Below are positions 47,611 to 61,868 of a stretch of DNA of 64,000 nt, piece by piece. Numbering within the stretch: the first letter of the stretch is position 1; each line of letters begins with the position of its first letter. This DNA is from Azolla caroliniana. Its lineage: Eukaryota > Plantae > Polypodiophyta. Under the pieces are notes generated by a model. That model was not told the DNA's origin. It made no database searches and saw only the letters and a program-made list of their open reading frames with translations. The stretch is from positions 5,952,001 to 6,016,000 of the forward strand of contig JBHGNT010000010.1 in assembly GCA_043228905.1 (NCBI GenBank), written 5' to 3'. Both the position numbers and the translations under genes were made by a program.

Positions 47611-50600
47611 GGGCTTCAGGCCTGCAGCTTAGAGGAGCTCAGCAGTTTAGGCAGCGATTGGTACTGTCCACACTGACGGGGACGCCCATCCGCATCACAG
47701 ACATGAGGCTCCATGACTCCGCCCCTGGATTGCGCGACTACGAAGCTTCCTTCCTCCGTCTCATGGAGAAGCTCAGCAATGGCTGTGTCGTCGAGATCAA
47801 CGAGACGGGTATGTTTCTATTCCCTAATTGAATTGTGTTTGTTTGAGAGAGGATGAGAGAGATAAGGTTTTTTGTTGGACCACATGGATGCCGCCAATTG
47901 CCAAGGTTTTCTGGGCGGACACCCAAAGTTCATCCGGTTAACTACTGCATATAGTGAGATTCATTGCTAAGGTTTTCTGGGCCGAGACCCAAAGTTCATC
48001 CGGTTAACTACTGCATATAGTGAGATTCATTGCTAAGGTTGTCTGGGTGGAGACCCAAAGTTCATGCATTCAACCCCTACATTATGCGGCATCATCTAGT
48101 TAACGAGTGCATATAACGAGATTTGAATCTGGGTGTTTGGGTTAACATAAACTGGCTTATCACTAGGTCATAGCTCTTATAGGGGAAAGGAATTTTTTTC
48201 TTAGATTGGTTGTATTTTTCCAATTTGCTAAGGTTTTCCATCGGTAATTTGAAAACATTTGTTCAACCCCTAAGCTCCTCAGTGTCATTTAGTAAATCGG
48301 TGCGGAGATTAGAATCCTGACCCATGGATTTGGCAAAAATTTGGCTTACCCACTAGGGTAATGGAAAACGAAATCAAAAGTTTTCTTACTATGATCATGT
48401 ACTTACTATCGAGAGATGCTTTTATCACTGTCTTACCATGATCTTGTACTTATTATAGAACTGTACATGCAGAGAGATGCTTTTATTATGGTCTTCTGTC
48501 CATGATTGCGTAGATAGTGAGAGAAAAAGAGAGTTTTTTCCCCCCTATTTACTCTACTCATGCGCATTGTATAAAGATTCATAAATTAGTGAGGATAAAG
48601 AAAGTCATGGAATGCTTCGAATGAATATAGTACCAATAGAACTGATACACCTAATCAGGACAATACATTTGGGTGGGGTGCACTCGGGGTCTCATGTGAA
48701 TATTTTCTGAAGAATCGAGGGCTTTAAACAACTGAAGTTATTATTTTGATGCAGATATTAATGAATCTAGGATGCCAAACTGATGATTATTCCTATAGAA
48801 TTTGGTTATGATATCATTATCAGTCATATAAATGATAATAGCTATATAAAATGGCTCATTTTCCTGCTCAATTGTACACTGTTTTGGCCCATTGTCCACT
48901 TATTTCATATATTATGCTTATTAATTTTTCTGATGCAGGCACAAAGTTGCGTTACAAGCCTGGTGTGTTGGCAGGAGGACATGGGCTTGTTCACTCTTGT
49001 GGAACGAGCAGAGCTATTGGTTACTTCTTAGAACCTTTGATCATATTAGGACTTTTTGGAAAGTCTCCCCTTTCCATCACTCTTAAAGGTATAGATTGAG
49101 GAGTGTATTTGAATGCCTTTTTCATCAAGTGCATTTATTTGGCAACATTATCTCTGAAGAAAATATTTTTCTCAGGTATAACAAATGATTCCAAGGATCC
49201 TTGTGTGGATACATTCAGAGTAACAACATTGCCTTTGTTAAAGCAATTTGGTATCCCTATCGAGGATGTTGAATTCAAGGTTATAACAAGGGGTGCCCCA
49301 CCACAAGGTGGTGGTGAAGTTCTCTTGAAAATGCCCATCGTTCATTCGAACTTGACTGTAAGAGATATGTCTTCAGATTAAGTCTTAGCATTGTATAGTT
49401 GTTAAATGATCAGTTTTTAATCTAACAAATTCACATAAAATTGCATCAGCCTATATCATGGATCGATGAAGGGATGGTGAAGAGAATACGAGGAGTTGCT
49501 TATTCAACAAGAGTTTCCCCTCAAATGTCGAATCGAATGGTTGATTCTGCTCGTGGAGTATTAAACAATTTCATCCCAGATGTTTACATATTCACGGATC
49601 ATTACTCTGGTCAAGGGTCTGGAAAGTAAGTCTAAAATTTTGTGTGCACGCGTTGTATGTTTTTTTTATCTCTCCTTACGTTGCTTTGTATGGTATATCT
49701 GTAAATAACTCAAAGTATCCTCTAAATATAAGCCACCAAATTCTATCTCACGATAAACATAACTGTATCCTTAGTTTGCTTATAAGGGATATCATTTCTA
49801 ATGATAGACTTTTGTGCTAGGATATTGAGAGGTTTCTTCTATCTTTCAAATAATGTATATTTGGTTGTTTCTGAAGCTGTCCAGGGTATGGAATCTCATT
49901 AGTTGCCGAAACAACGACAGGATGTCTCATTAGTGCAGAAGCAGTTGCTAATCAGAGTGTATCTGAGCCTGCAGAAAAGCAAGCCCCAGTATTACCTGAG
50001 GATCTCGGAACACAAGCATCAAGATTGCTTCTTGAAGAAATTCGTAGAGGTGGTGTTGTAGATTCATCACATCAGGTGAGTCAGCAAATCTCTTCATTAT
50101 GAAGAAGCAAATGTCTCGTTTGGTACTGAATGTGTGCTTGTAGGGCCCATTAGAATTTAGTAGTGTTTTCTTTAAATTTTAGAATTTTCTAAAACAATAT
50201 CCGGTGCAAGTTTTTATATCCTCATAGATTTAGCAGTTGTATTGTCTGAAAGGAGACAAATTTAAAACTTGATTTTTCATGGATTTTACAAGTATCAACC
50301 AATCAAAACTCTTTCTTCTTTAGGTACAGAGTAGAGATTTCCGTTTTATTCCTTTTTTCCCATTATTGTCCAGTGCATTTACCATAGTAATCTGATAAAT
50401 GCTACTGCACTTTTGTTTGCTGATAAATGCTTCAAGTCTTGGTTCGAAATTTGATCAATGCTGTTTAAACTTAGTTTCTAATTTGATAAATGCTCTACTG
50501 AATCTTAGTAGGACGTGGCTCATCGATGATATTTTCTTGTGTTTCTAACAAGAAATTCTGAGCATGCTCTTTCTTGTAAATTGCAGGGATTGCTTTTCTT

Positions 50601-50796
50601 ACTTTGTGCATTATGTCCAGAGGATGTATGCAAAGTCAGAGTTGGAAAGCTCACACCGCATGCAATCCAAGTGCTTCGATTAATCAAGGAGTTTTTAAAT
50701 GTTCAGTTCAGTATCAAGCCAGATCCAGTAACTGGAACTGTAATTTTGGTTTGTGTTGGCAGTGGCTATCGAAATATAACAAGGAAAATATCCTAG
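47607..50796 (+). CDS. RCL1: RNA 3'-terminal phosphate cyclase-like protein (18S rRNA biogenesis), 6 exons, 372 aa
   Basis: Exons 47607-47808, 48939-49088, 49176-49357, 49450-49625, 49877-50075, 50587-50796, in phase. Motifs FRQRLVLSTL, EINETGT, RGAPPQGGGEV, KRIRGVAYSTRVSP, PGYGISLVAETT. Confidence 0.93.
47900..48068. repeat. 66-bp tandem repeat (~2.5 copies) in RCL1 intron 1
   Basis: Near-identical units GCTAAGGTTTTCTGGG...CCCAAAGTTCATCCGGTTAACTACTGCATATAGTGAGATTCATT. Confidence 0.85.
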
Positions 50797-50857
50797 TAAC
50801 ATTTTTGGAGAAGATGTATTTTGTTTCTTCCCCTCTCTTAATGGGGGCTATGATTGC

Positions 50858-50927
50858 CATATGTGAGAGTTGAACTCGCAACCTATGGTTTACAGGGAAA
50901 GGGGCAGCCAGCCACTAAAATATACCA
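50858..50927 (-). repeat. tRNA-derived SINE-like head in the RCL1 3' region
   Basis: Reverse strand reads TTTAGTGG...CTGTAAACCATAGGTTGCGAGTTCAACTC (A/B-box-like). Confidence 0.4.
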
Positions 50928-51449
50928 AGTACAGGCAAGAACCAAATGATTTAGGAATTTCTTCAATGAGTTGTAAATTGTTTCTTTTTATGTTTTGCTT
51001 CCTTCTGTGAGAGCTTTGTTTCCTAGCTCAAACGAGAAAGGATGTACAATTCATTGGTTCACTAAAAGCATGTTCATGCGGCAAAAAACATTCTGAAAAG
51101 ACATGATTCCACTAGAAAGGTGAGAAAGTTATTCCTAAAAGCACTCTCTTTTAACTCTTGCCATTATATGAGTATATGTTTGACGTTGGAAAGTGTAAAT
51201 TGTCATTCAGTGCTATATAGCATTTATTTTAGTGGTGCTTAATAGGTTCTACTTGCACACATACTTCTTATACATGTAAAACATAATGATGTGAGTATCC
51301 ATACACAATAACTTCTCCATATCAATTATGTTTCCTATAGACGTAGGATACAATGTTTATGCATGATTTGTCATGGATTAAATGCTCAATTATAATGAAA
51401 TGGGTTATAATGCTTGCATTAAGAAATGTTGAAGGTCATTCAATCTAGA

Positions 51450-53450
51450 GACAAATATAGCAAAGCCCCTCTTGGAAGGAAGTAACTCTTTGTCTGGAAA
51501 GTATAGAATAAAGAGAGAAATCTTATTGGCCCTTGTTTAGGATACATCTTATTTGAAAGGATACATCTTATTTGAAAAGCTTGTGTTCCTTCATCAAGAA
51601 AGGATACAAAATCAGGTGCCTTTTGTGCATACAAAATTGGATTATATCAATTGGCCCTATAAAATGTTGTAAATGGCTATATACAATTTGAAGATTCTTT
51701 ATATCCACGCCATAAATCCAAGTGAGTCAATGCAGTGTTTTGGAACTATTTTTGTCTCATAAAATGTACTTTCGATCTAATACAACATATTCTAATGACT
51801 TTTGTCACGGAAGATGTGTAATTTTTCGATTGGTTGCCCATGGATGCTCATCACCATACAAATATAACCTTAACACCACATCGCAATGCTACATGTTCAC
51901 ATGTAGAGTTGATTCTCACATGGCTATGCAATGATTCCTATACTAGTAGTCGTAGTAGTGGTCCGTTATACATCCACACTTATGCATCCCTTCCATGAGA
52001 CGCAAACATAGATGTTCTTAGGTGTTGTTACTCACAAGACATTGGGCACATTGATAAACCTAGCACCAACTATTTGCTTATTTGCAAATTGCTTAGAGTG
52101 AAACAACTCAAGATATGTGTTTTTATCAAGTAGGACCCCATAGGATTTGGAATCTATCCAACAAGTCAAGATTCATATCATATAATAAGGGAACCCCATT
52201 TGTGAACATGGAAGACTTTTCAATGATTTATTCAAACCATGTATCGTATTTTTCATTATTAATCAAGTAATGTGTGGTTCATTAATCTATACACTTCAAA
52301 TTTAACAAAGATGCTTTCTAATCATTCACTTGCATATATAGCTAACTAGATCCTCAAAAGGTTTTGCGCGTATCCTCTATGAAATTGGAAACTCACTTGT
52401 CAATGGAAATTGAACAAGAAAAGTAGGTATTGCAAGATCTTTATATAATGGAATAAACAAGAGCATTAATGCATTTTGTCAATGACTTGACTTTTTTTAA
52501 CATATTGTAGAGTATTCTAGACATACCCACATAAACATTGATGTTGAGTTCATAATACACACTTGCCTCATTTGTGAAAGATTGTCTGAGGATCACATTC
52601 GATCTTTGTCCCTAGCATGGTTCTATCGTATCCTTCCTTATATATAATATGGTTTGCACTATAGTTTCATGATTAGCTTTGTAAGGAAACGTATGGTCAA
52701 GTGTGTATGCATGCTCATTGGAAACAAATGTATTTTATGAGATATAATGGAAAGTGGCCATGTTGATTTCAATCATATCTAGTTTGAAGCGTGTTGAAGT
52801 GGAAGCTTAACCTCCGTGGTGATGCAAAATGATGTATTTTAATTTGTTAACATCCTTCTTCCATCCCACCTCCATATGTCCATTTTATAAATTCTAGTGT
52901 TACTCACGACTTCAGTGCATTGGTTGAAGATACATTCATAATAGAATAGAATATTAGGATGAATGGAACAGGTATGGGGGAGCTAGAAGAATACCAAATA
53001 ATATTACATATCCAATGAGCAACTTCTAATATTAAATACAAAAGGTACCTAATTGTAGGGAGGAGAAGGGATGGTTGGGTGTAGCAATATTCCAATCACA
53101 TGCAAAACCAACACATAAGCAAAACAATAATAATGTCCACAATATCACAATTCGCCAAAAAGGTATCATGGGGCAAAGATGATGTAAGATCATATGGCTT
53201 TGAACACATCAAACTTGGCAAAAAAACATTGCATATGTCACTCATGGAATCTAGAATCACGAATGGCGAGTCTTTGACGATAAAATGGTTGTGGTAGGAA
53301 GAATGGGAAAATGGTTGGTTGTGCCATGCACCTAAGAATGATCTCTTCCATCATCTGGTGACAAGCCTTGATCATGAGCAATAACCGCATGTGGGACAAA
53401 TGAGCTATAGAAGCATCTAACATGTATTTAGTCAACAATGGGCTTGCAAT
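51450..53450 (-). mobile_element. Possible heavily decayed hAT transposase remnant
   Basis: Only weak fragments (HAYTLDH, PQTIF, INMATF) reminiscent of hAT CxxHxLDL and TRF motifs. Confidence 0.3.
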
Positions 53451-53470
53451 GGACAAAGGGTAGGGAATGA

Positions 53471-54046
53471 CAGCAATAACCAACAATTCGGTTCAAGAGT
53501 GTCAAACTCAAACCATTTAAAACCGATCTGTTAAAAAAAATTGAAACTTAAACCGAATCGAACCTCAAAACCGTTTAAACCAAACCATTACAAAAAATTC
53601 AAGCTCAAACCAAACGGTTTTAGAGACTTTCAAACCCTTAAACCATTCAACTGTTACGACCGTAGTTTCGCAGTTTGGTTTTGTTTTTCAAGTTAGGTCA
53701 AAATTCTAAAATTCACATTTTTATTTTTAAAATTTTAAACGTTTCGATATTTCAAATTTCAAAATTTCAAAATTTCAAAATTTAAAGATTTCTCTTAAAA
53801 TATAAAAATTAGGCTTAAAATCTTTCAGAATATTTAAGAAAATGATCCAGTGTCAATCTTAAACCGTCAAACCATTTAAGCCGATAAAAGGCTCGAACAA
53901 AACCGGTAAACCCCTAAACCGAACGGAACGAAACCGTTTATAAAAAACCCAAACCTGAATCGAACCGAACCGAACCATTTAAACCGTGAAGCTGTAGTGT
54001 TGCGGTTCGGTTCGGTTCAAACCGAACCATTGGCGATTGATTGTTA
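53471..54046. mobile_element. hAT-type MITE upstream of the desaturase gene
   Basis: AAACCG/AACCG subterminal repeats, imperfect TIRs, 8-bp TSD GGGAATGA/GGGAATGG. Confidence 0.75.
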
Positions 54047-54700
54047 GGGAATGGCGAGGAGAAGCAGGGGTCGGGGGTTAGGGTCAGGGGCCGAATGTGT
54101 TTGTGGTACCAGAGAGAGTGACTTGGCAAGAAATGAGAGGTACAAACAAACAAACACACACACACACACACACACACATTGAAAGGGGGTTAAAATTCTT
54201 ACATATAAAATATATGTACATACATACATACATATGTATGTATACACACTTGCAGTTGCAAAGAAGAAGAAGAAGAAGAAGAAGAAGAAGAAGAAAAGAA
54301 TCATTGGTAGTCATAGGGGACACAAATGTAAATAAAGGAAACCACATAAAGAAGAAGAAGAATAAGAAGAAATTATATTCTTGGCCACCCCCTCCCTCCC
54401 TCCCTTCTCTCTCTCTCTGCATCTCTCTGCATCTCCGCTTTCTTCTTCTTCTTCTTCTTCTTCTTCTTCCTCCTCTTTAACCCTAAACTTCCAAGGCCTC
54501 TCAGAGAACCCAGAAGCCGTGAACCCTCACAAACCCTAAAAGGAAAATCCTACATTGATATACATATCCCTATATATGTATATATATATGCCTCCACACC
54601 TTCTCTGAGGTAACCTTTGTCAAACATACCCTCACCCTCACCTTCACCTTATCCCTAACCCTAACCCTAAAAGCATATTAGTTTCAAGATAAAAGAAAAC

Positions 54701-57436
54701 ATGGTGGCAAAATTGCAGACCCAGTTATCAGATTTCCATCGATCTGATGACCCAGAACCTCATGCTTCTCGGCGCCGTGAGATCTTGTCTGTCCATCCAG
54801 AGATCAAAGAACTCTTTGGTCCCGATGTCTTTGCTTTCCCTCAGGTATGCTCTGTTCTGCTCATTGTTTGTGGGTGGGTGTATGTTTCTCGGGGCTTTCT
54901 AGGCTTCCAAATCTGCAGATCTGCGTGTTTTCTCACCATACCCACTTCATTATGTGTTAAAATGATCTGTTTCTTTATGGATTTCGTGTTCTTTTCCTGG
55001 TTTTCTTGTCTACATTTGCTGATACCTAGGCAGCGCTTCATTGAGCATTCCTTTTTTGTCTCTATGTTCGAACTTTCTTCCTCTTCATTTGCAGATATTG
55101 AATGATAAACATGTCTTTTTTTCCGAGTCCTGTTTTGTTGAAAAAAACTCCTTTTTCGTGGATTGCTTGTTCGTTTATGGCTGAATTGTTTGAATTCAAT
55201 GGGATATTGAATGAACATGCATTTTGTTCGTGTAAGCTCTTTTTTTTGTATCTCTTTCTTTTCTTTTCAATGAATCCATCTACGTTTTCTGATAGTAACC
55301 TCAACAAATGCTCATTACTTATCGTGAACCAAATGCGCATTTACTGGTATAATGTGAGTCGATCAATAACTCTTCTGGATCTTTCCTGTTCTGTTAGGTT
55401 TGGGGGATGTGATTCTCCTATCCTTTTCCCATACATTTCACTGAAATTGAAGCAAATGGAATATAATTTGCTTTGAGTAGTATGAACTTATTTGGGCGGT
55501 AGTTTACATGTGAGGTTAACAAGTCTGGATCTTACAAACTATCCATGTAGTGCTAATTCTTGAACTAGTAATTTTGCTGATCATCATTTTATCTTCATTA
55601 TATTATTGAATAATTGATGTATTCTTTCCCAAAGTATTATCACAGACAATAGAACCCAATGTACCTGTAGGAATCAATTACCTTCTACAATCTTGAATAA
55701 TTACATATGTATGAAATTAAATCATCTTAACTTTGGCTTCTTGGCATTACATATTTGTGTTCTCTTTCTTGTATGATGGGCTTAACATACTGGTTATGAA
55801 TTGATGTATCACGCATATATACCTAATTAATTTAATGGGAATCAACTCGTCGTCGTTTGGATATCTGTCCAATGTCGAGTGTCACTATGTACCATACAGG
55901 TTGATGTTTTGTTAAAAACCATTTGTATGAACTTAAATCATATTAACTTTGGCATGTTGACATTATACGTTTGTGTTCTCTTTCTGGTTTGATGGGCTTT
56001 ATATACTGCTTTTGAATTGATGTGTCCTACATATATATCTATTTAATTTAATGGGCATCAACTCATCATCATTTAGATCTCTGTCCAATGTCGAGTGTAA
56101 CTATGTACCATATACGTTGATGTTCTGTTAAAAACCGTTATTTAACACATGTATATGATGTTGAACTGCTTGAAGAAAACATAGGTATGGGATCAATCTT
56201 ACCTGAGATGAACTGAACATATTTAAGAGAGTTGGCTTATCACAAGAAGTTGCAAACATTTTCCCACCTTGGTTCCCACATTCTGGATTTGAGGCCTAAC
56301 ATTATGAACTTCTCTATCTAATGTGGAGACTTTCCTCCAAGATCTCATAACATTGAACATGGTAGGGATACGTGAGGACGAAGTCTGCTCTTTTCCACAT
56401 AGAAAGATGCCTAAAACTTCTTGTGTATGTTTATATCAGTTAGTTGGTATTTCTATCCCATATGGCCAAACAATATCCTCCCCGCTGTTTTCAACTGCTG
56501 ATCTAATAGTCATCAGAGCTTTTGGCTTGTTCCACTTATGTTCAAAGTGTTTGCTGAATTTTGTCAACATTTTTCTATCTCAGTAGAAGCTTAATTGTCC
56601 TCTTATTGCAGATTGTGATGGTGGTATCGCTACAAATTTGGACTGCATTTTGTCTTAAAGAGGCTAGTTGGACAAAGATTCTCATAGTGTCTTACTTTTT
56701 CGGAGCTTTCCTCAATCATAATTTATTTCTAGCAATTCATGAGCTCAGCCATAATCTTGCCTTTTCAACGCCAGTTTTTAATCGTTGGTTGGGAATTTTT
56801 GCCAACTTACCTATTGGTGTGCCAATGTCAATAACATTCCAAAAGTATCACTTGGAGCATCATCGTTATCAAGGGGTCGAAGGGGTGGATATGGATATCC
56901 CTAGTTATACGGAAGGGAGGCTAGTAAAAAGCAAACTCACCAAAACCATGTGGGTACTCTTCCAACTGTTTTTCTATGCATTGAGACCTTTGTTTCTCAA
57001 TCCAAAGAATCCTGGAGTTTGGGAAGCTACTAATGCTATATGCCAAGTTGCATTTGATTTGGTCCTCATCTACAGCCTTGGATGGAAGTCTTTTATCTAC
57101 CTCATATTGTCAACATTTGTTGGAGGGGGTTTACATCCTATCGCAGGACACTTTATATCAGAGCACTATGTTTTCAATAAGGGGCAAGAGACATATTCAT
57201 ACTATGGTCCCCTAAATCTATTGTCATGGAGTGTTGGTTATCATAATGAACATCATGATTTCCCAAGAATCCCAGGAAGCAAGCTATGGAAGGTAAAGAA
57301 GATTGCACCAGAGTATTATGAAGGTCTTTCAAGTTACAAATCATGGACACAAGTGGTCTTTATGTACATTATGGACTGCACGGTGGGCCCTTTCAGCAGG
57401 GTAATGAGGAAAGGAAACGACAAAAAGAGCAAGTAA
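54701..57436 (+). CDS. DES1: Sphingolipid delta-4 desaturase (DES1-like), 2 exons, 322 aa
   Basis: Exons 54701-54844 and 56612-57436; N-terminal EPHASRRREIL motif; His boxes HELSH, HLEHH, HNEHH. Confidence 0.95.
55710..56140. repeat. ~213-bp tandem duplication in the desaturase intron
   Basis: TTAAATCAT..TTAACTTTGGC ... TCTGTCCAATGTCGAGTGT ... GTTAAAAACC occurs twice. Confidence 0.8.
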
Positions 57437-58299
57437 GGATGATGGATCTCTGGTATATGTGCCCCGAGATGTATATTTCATGGAACCTTTAAAGGGTTTA
57501 TCTTCTTGAAAGCTCTGACAAGGTACATTTTCCATATTCTACTGCGTATTGCCATTTTGTAAAAAAATGCATTTATCTCTATTTTGTTTTGCTTTAGCTG
57601 TTTTGTCAATTCACAACCATAAAACTAACACGGAGTAATTTGAGGCCGACAACAAAGGAATTCATGTATTTCTCATGATGGGAAGCTCGCTCCCTTTGTG
57701 TCAATGTAAAAGGGCTATCCCCACTCTTTATTGGCTCAAAAAAATTTGTCATTGGATATTTTGAAATTCTTTGAGGACATTCTTTTTCATTCATCTCGCG
57801 TAATTCATGAACCACTTCCTTCTGGTTTATTATATTCTTGTAACTTGATGTGGATTTCATTTGATATAACATTTTAAACAAAGCTTGTTAAAATCTTGGG
57901 AGGATCTATCACATTTATGAGAAAACACAAAATTTAAAGTCTACTGAATCATAGTCCTTTTTCACAATACCAACCAAATTTGTCATTGCTAGCGGTAATA
58001 AAAGCAACCACATGTGAAGGCCAATTAATGTTTAGCACCATTAATGAATGCTTGTATTGTTAACAAAAGTTAATTTAAACTGCTACTATATCTTCTTATG
58101 CTAATTTTACTAATTGTGTTTCATGTTGATTGGACAAGTTGGGAAAGGGTTGTTAATATGGTAATTTGTTCACTACTTGGTGAGTGGTAGCAATTTGCAA
58201 TGCCTGAACTGCCATTCAACATGATTCATCCTTGTGTAAAAAAAAGAATGTTGAATTGAGATTTTAAAAATTTGCATGTTTTTTGTAGTTAATTCTCAT

Positions 58300-58990
58300 A
58301 ATTTAGAGGTATATTTTGGTGATTCTCCATGAATGCGATGCCAATTGGATCATTGAATGCCATAATGATCTTCAGGGTTGAAGCTTTGGTAAAATTGCAT
58401 GTGTAGATGAGTTTTACCTCCACAATGTTTAAACTTCAGATTTGTTGAATTTGGAGCAACCATTGGCATTCATTATTGCCTAGTGAATGCATGTATTTGT
58501 CATTGATGGCAACGAGGTTTTGTTCACATGCAACTCAAACGAATATATTTGAGGTACCACCCATTCTATTAATTGTCTCTTGACATGAAGAGAGGGTGGC
58601 TTAAGACATGAGGGAGTTTATGCCAATGAAGTGACAAGAAGAAAGCTTGTTGATTGAGGTGGAGCAATGGAAGTAAGAGAACATAATTTTAAATAAACAA
58701 GACAAATCCTATTGTTTAGATGGAGAGCCGAATAGGCTTTGATACCACATAAAGAATCTACGTTAGGGAGGATCCAGGCTTGAAACATTCATAATGAATG
58801 TATATGTTCATGGCAATATACAAATTTGAGGATATAGGATAAAGAAACAAATTCCAGAAATATATATATTCACAATAAGTTTGATTCAAATTTCAATTGA
58901 AGATTACATTGAGAGGGTCTTGTGTGTGATGGTAAGTCATGGGTGCGTTTAAGCCTACAAAATATGCTAAATTTGGGTGTTACATCTAGG
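58300..58990 (-). mobile_element. Copia remnant (PBS with adjacent LTR/gag traces)
   Basis: GCTTTGATACCA near 58737-58748 is a reverse tRNA-Met PBS; the rest is highly degenerate. Confidence 0.35.
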
Positions 58991-61532
58991 CATGAACCAC
59001 GGTCCTAGGTTTTGGTTGATGTAGAATAGATATGGAATGAGAGGGGGAGGGGGATTCATATAGATGTGGATGCTCATCCCCAACATTGAATTGATAATTA
59101 TTTGAAAGAATAATTCAAACCACTTTGTATATGCACCACCACAAAGATAATGAATTGGTTTTTAGAATATAGGATATGTTTATTAGGCGTTTTATTACAT
59201 TTTGGATGCCTAGTGGAGATTGTTCTTCTTTTACGGACATTATATAGACAAAGCATATTTCGTCAAGCTAATTGTTCTCTCAAATTTTACATGGACTTGT
59301 GATTAACCTTTGCTATATTGTAGAAATGCAATGCTTTAGGAATTGACATTTTGTTATTAATAAGAATAATCTAGCATGCTCTCATATCTACTACATTTAA
59401 TTAAAACATGATGAATTTATATAAAGAACACAACTAAACCCATCGCGAAATACTTGAAGAGGCCATAATGTGTAACACTTTATTGCTTATTATTTAGGTA
59501 TTCTTTCATCCACTTCTTTCTCTATCCAACGACAACAATTTCTGACCTCATATTTCTCGCTTGTTTCTGTCTCTTACTTACTTTTACCATTTCACAAACA
59601 TTATGAAAAGATTCAATTTTCTTGAGTACTTTTGTGAGCTTATGGAAATATTGTTAAAAGCTCTTAGTGAGGACATTTCATATATTTGAATGCAATTGAG
59701 TGTAAATTTGGTAAACCTGGCTAACTTATTTCTTGACCTTAGAATAATATCCTTGTGCCTCTCAAATTGTAGCATATTTTGTCAAGCTAGTCATTCTCTC
59801 TCAAATTTAACTCGGACTTGTGGAGTTGTGATTAACCTTTGTTATATTGTATAAATGCAATGCTTTATGAATTGACATCTTGTTCTTTATATTTGGCCCC
59901 ATCACACGAGAGAGTATGTTGGCATTACTCCTTTGCCCTCCAATATCATTCGCTATACAACCTTCCAACTCTTCTAATTTGATTGTTTTGGTTAGACTCG
60001 ACACCAATTGTATCAATTTGGCTCAATCTATGAATAATAATGGTTCTAGAAGGAGAAGAGATGAATTAATAAAATCTTCATTGGTTCTGGCTTTGAAACA
60101 TGCCTTTTTGGCATTGTGGTGTGATCCATTATGTGTGTGTGTGTGTGTGTGTGAAGAGATGAATTATATATATATATGCACTAGCATTCCTTTCTTGAAA
60201 AATCTTTAAACATCAACAATGTTATATAGCATAGTCTCCCCTCTATGGATTGTAATCTTGGTTGCAAAGTTTGAAATTTGATAAGATTTAGACAACCAAA
60301 CTCATATCTTGTATGAATTTGAGAGTAGGTGTGTGTATAATACCTTATTGAAGAAATGTTGGAGTGGACACATATTTTGAGCACAATACTAAATTCATCT
60401 CACTTGACACTCACTATATGCCCCACATCAAATACATGAATAGAATTGCCAAACTTGAATCCTATCAATGTCTAACAAATGAGAAATTTGACAATGGACA
60501 ATAGATCTTGACAAATGAGATTAAACAATAGATCTTGACCTTTTCTCTCTTCCTAGTGATTGGAAAATTTGTGAAGATTAATCCCCAAGGACCCTCGTCA
60601 ACTCTCATATCTCCTAGAATGGGAGAAGAACAAAAATATATATATCAGCGAAAATATTGTCTATGAGGGAAAATACCAATGTGACATGATATCTAGAAGC
60701 ATTAAATTTGATCTGAACTCATACAATATTTGCATACCTCTAGTCTAGGTAGCTTTACATTTTGTCCACCATGGATGTGAAACCTAGTTTCATCCAAACT
60801 ATATTAAAGCATTGTTGTCTCTATATTCATTGATCTTTTTCATTTGCATAACATCTTGTTCCATGTTGTTACTTTTATGATCAATACTTTAATCTCAAAA
60901 AACTCTTGCTTATTGTCATTGTTTAGACTTGTCCTTGATCTTCACATAAGCTTGTTATTAAAACTCCCAAATATCCTATTTTTGGGTTTAAAATCATCTA
61001 AAATGCTTAGATTCTATTGTACTTTAACAATTTATTGCTCTCTTAATAGCAATGTTTGATTGAGATCATTCAAGTGGCATACACGACTGAGGTGTAGAGA
61101 AGATATAAACTTATCACCAATACAAATGCGCATTGTTCTCGCGATTCTTATATTGTATAGAAGAGAGAAGTTCTCTAGGTTCAAATTTAGTCATATGGCA
61201 AATGCTCGGTTGGGTTACAAAGTGAAATGTTATCGAGAATGCCACACATACATGCAATGCAAATCACGACATGCTCGAACAAGGAGAGTTGGGTTTCCAA
61301 AAAGACCTTGTAGAGATAGAGATGAACGTATGCGGGGTGACCGTTAATTGTGTTGCCTATACATACATTACATACATGATGGGGCCTTCTCCTTTGGGCA
61401 GTAGTTGACAAGCGCAAGGTCTATCACAAGCCAGTCAGTCAGTCATGCAAATATATCGAAGACAAAAGAGCTTTTTCCATATGGTGTGTGAACGTCCCCT
61501 TACTTAGGAGGTATTATTGACCTTTACATGCA

Positions 61533-61589
<57 letters not shown>

Positions 61590-61868
61590 CACATGTATTT
61601 CTTCCTCTTCATGTATGTTGTGGTGTCCCTTCGGTGCAAGTGCATGCCTTCATGTTGTGGTGTACATGTGTTCCTTTGTGCCACCTTTTAGCACACCTTT
61701 TTAGCATGCATGTAGCTAAGCCAAACCAAATGGGTACCTTAGTAAGAAGCTAAGCAAGCTGGTTTTGATTCTCTTTATGCGCATTTCACATATTGGTGGA
61801 GAAGCAAGGTAAAAGTTTAGCCGTTACCACCTCATTCATCATTGGCGTCCCACCTCCCTCCTGTCGCC

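Noticed and set aside
46762-47676. His/Thr-rich and Cys/Val-rich ORFs
   Set aside because: Translations of (CA)n/(TG)n microsatellite.
54044-54480. Poly-F/L/R ORFs upstream of the desaturase
   Set aside because: Derived from (GAA)n, (CTT)n and (CA)n microsatellites.
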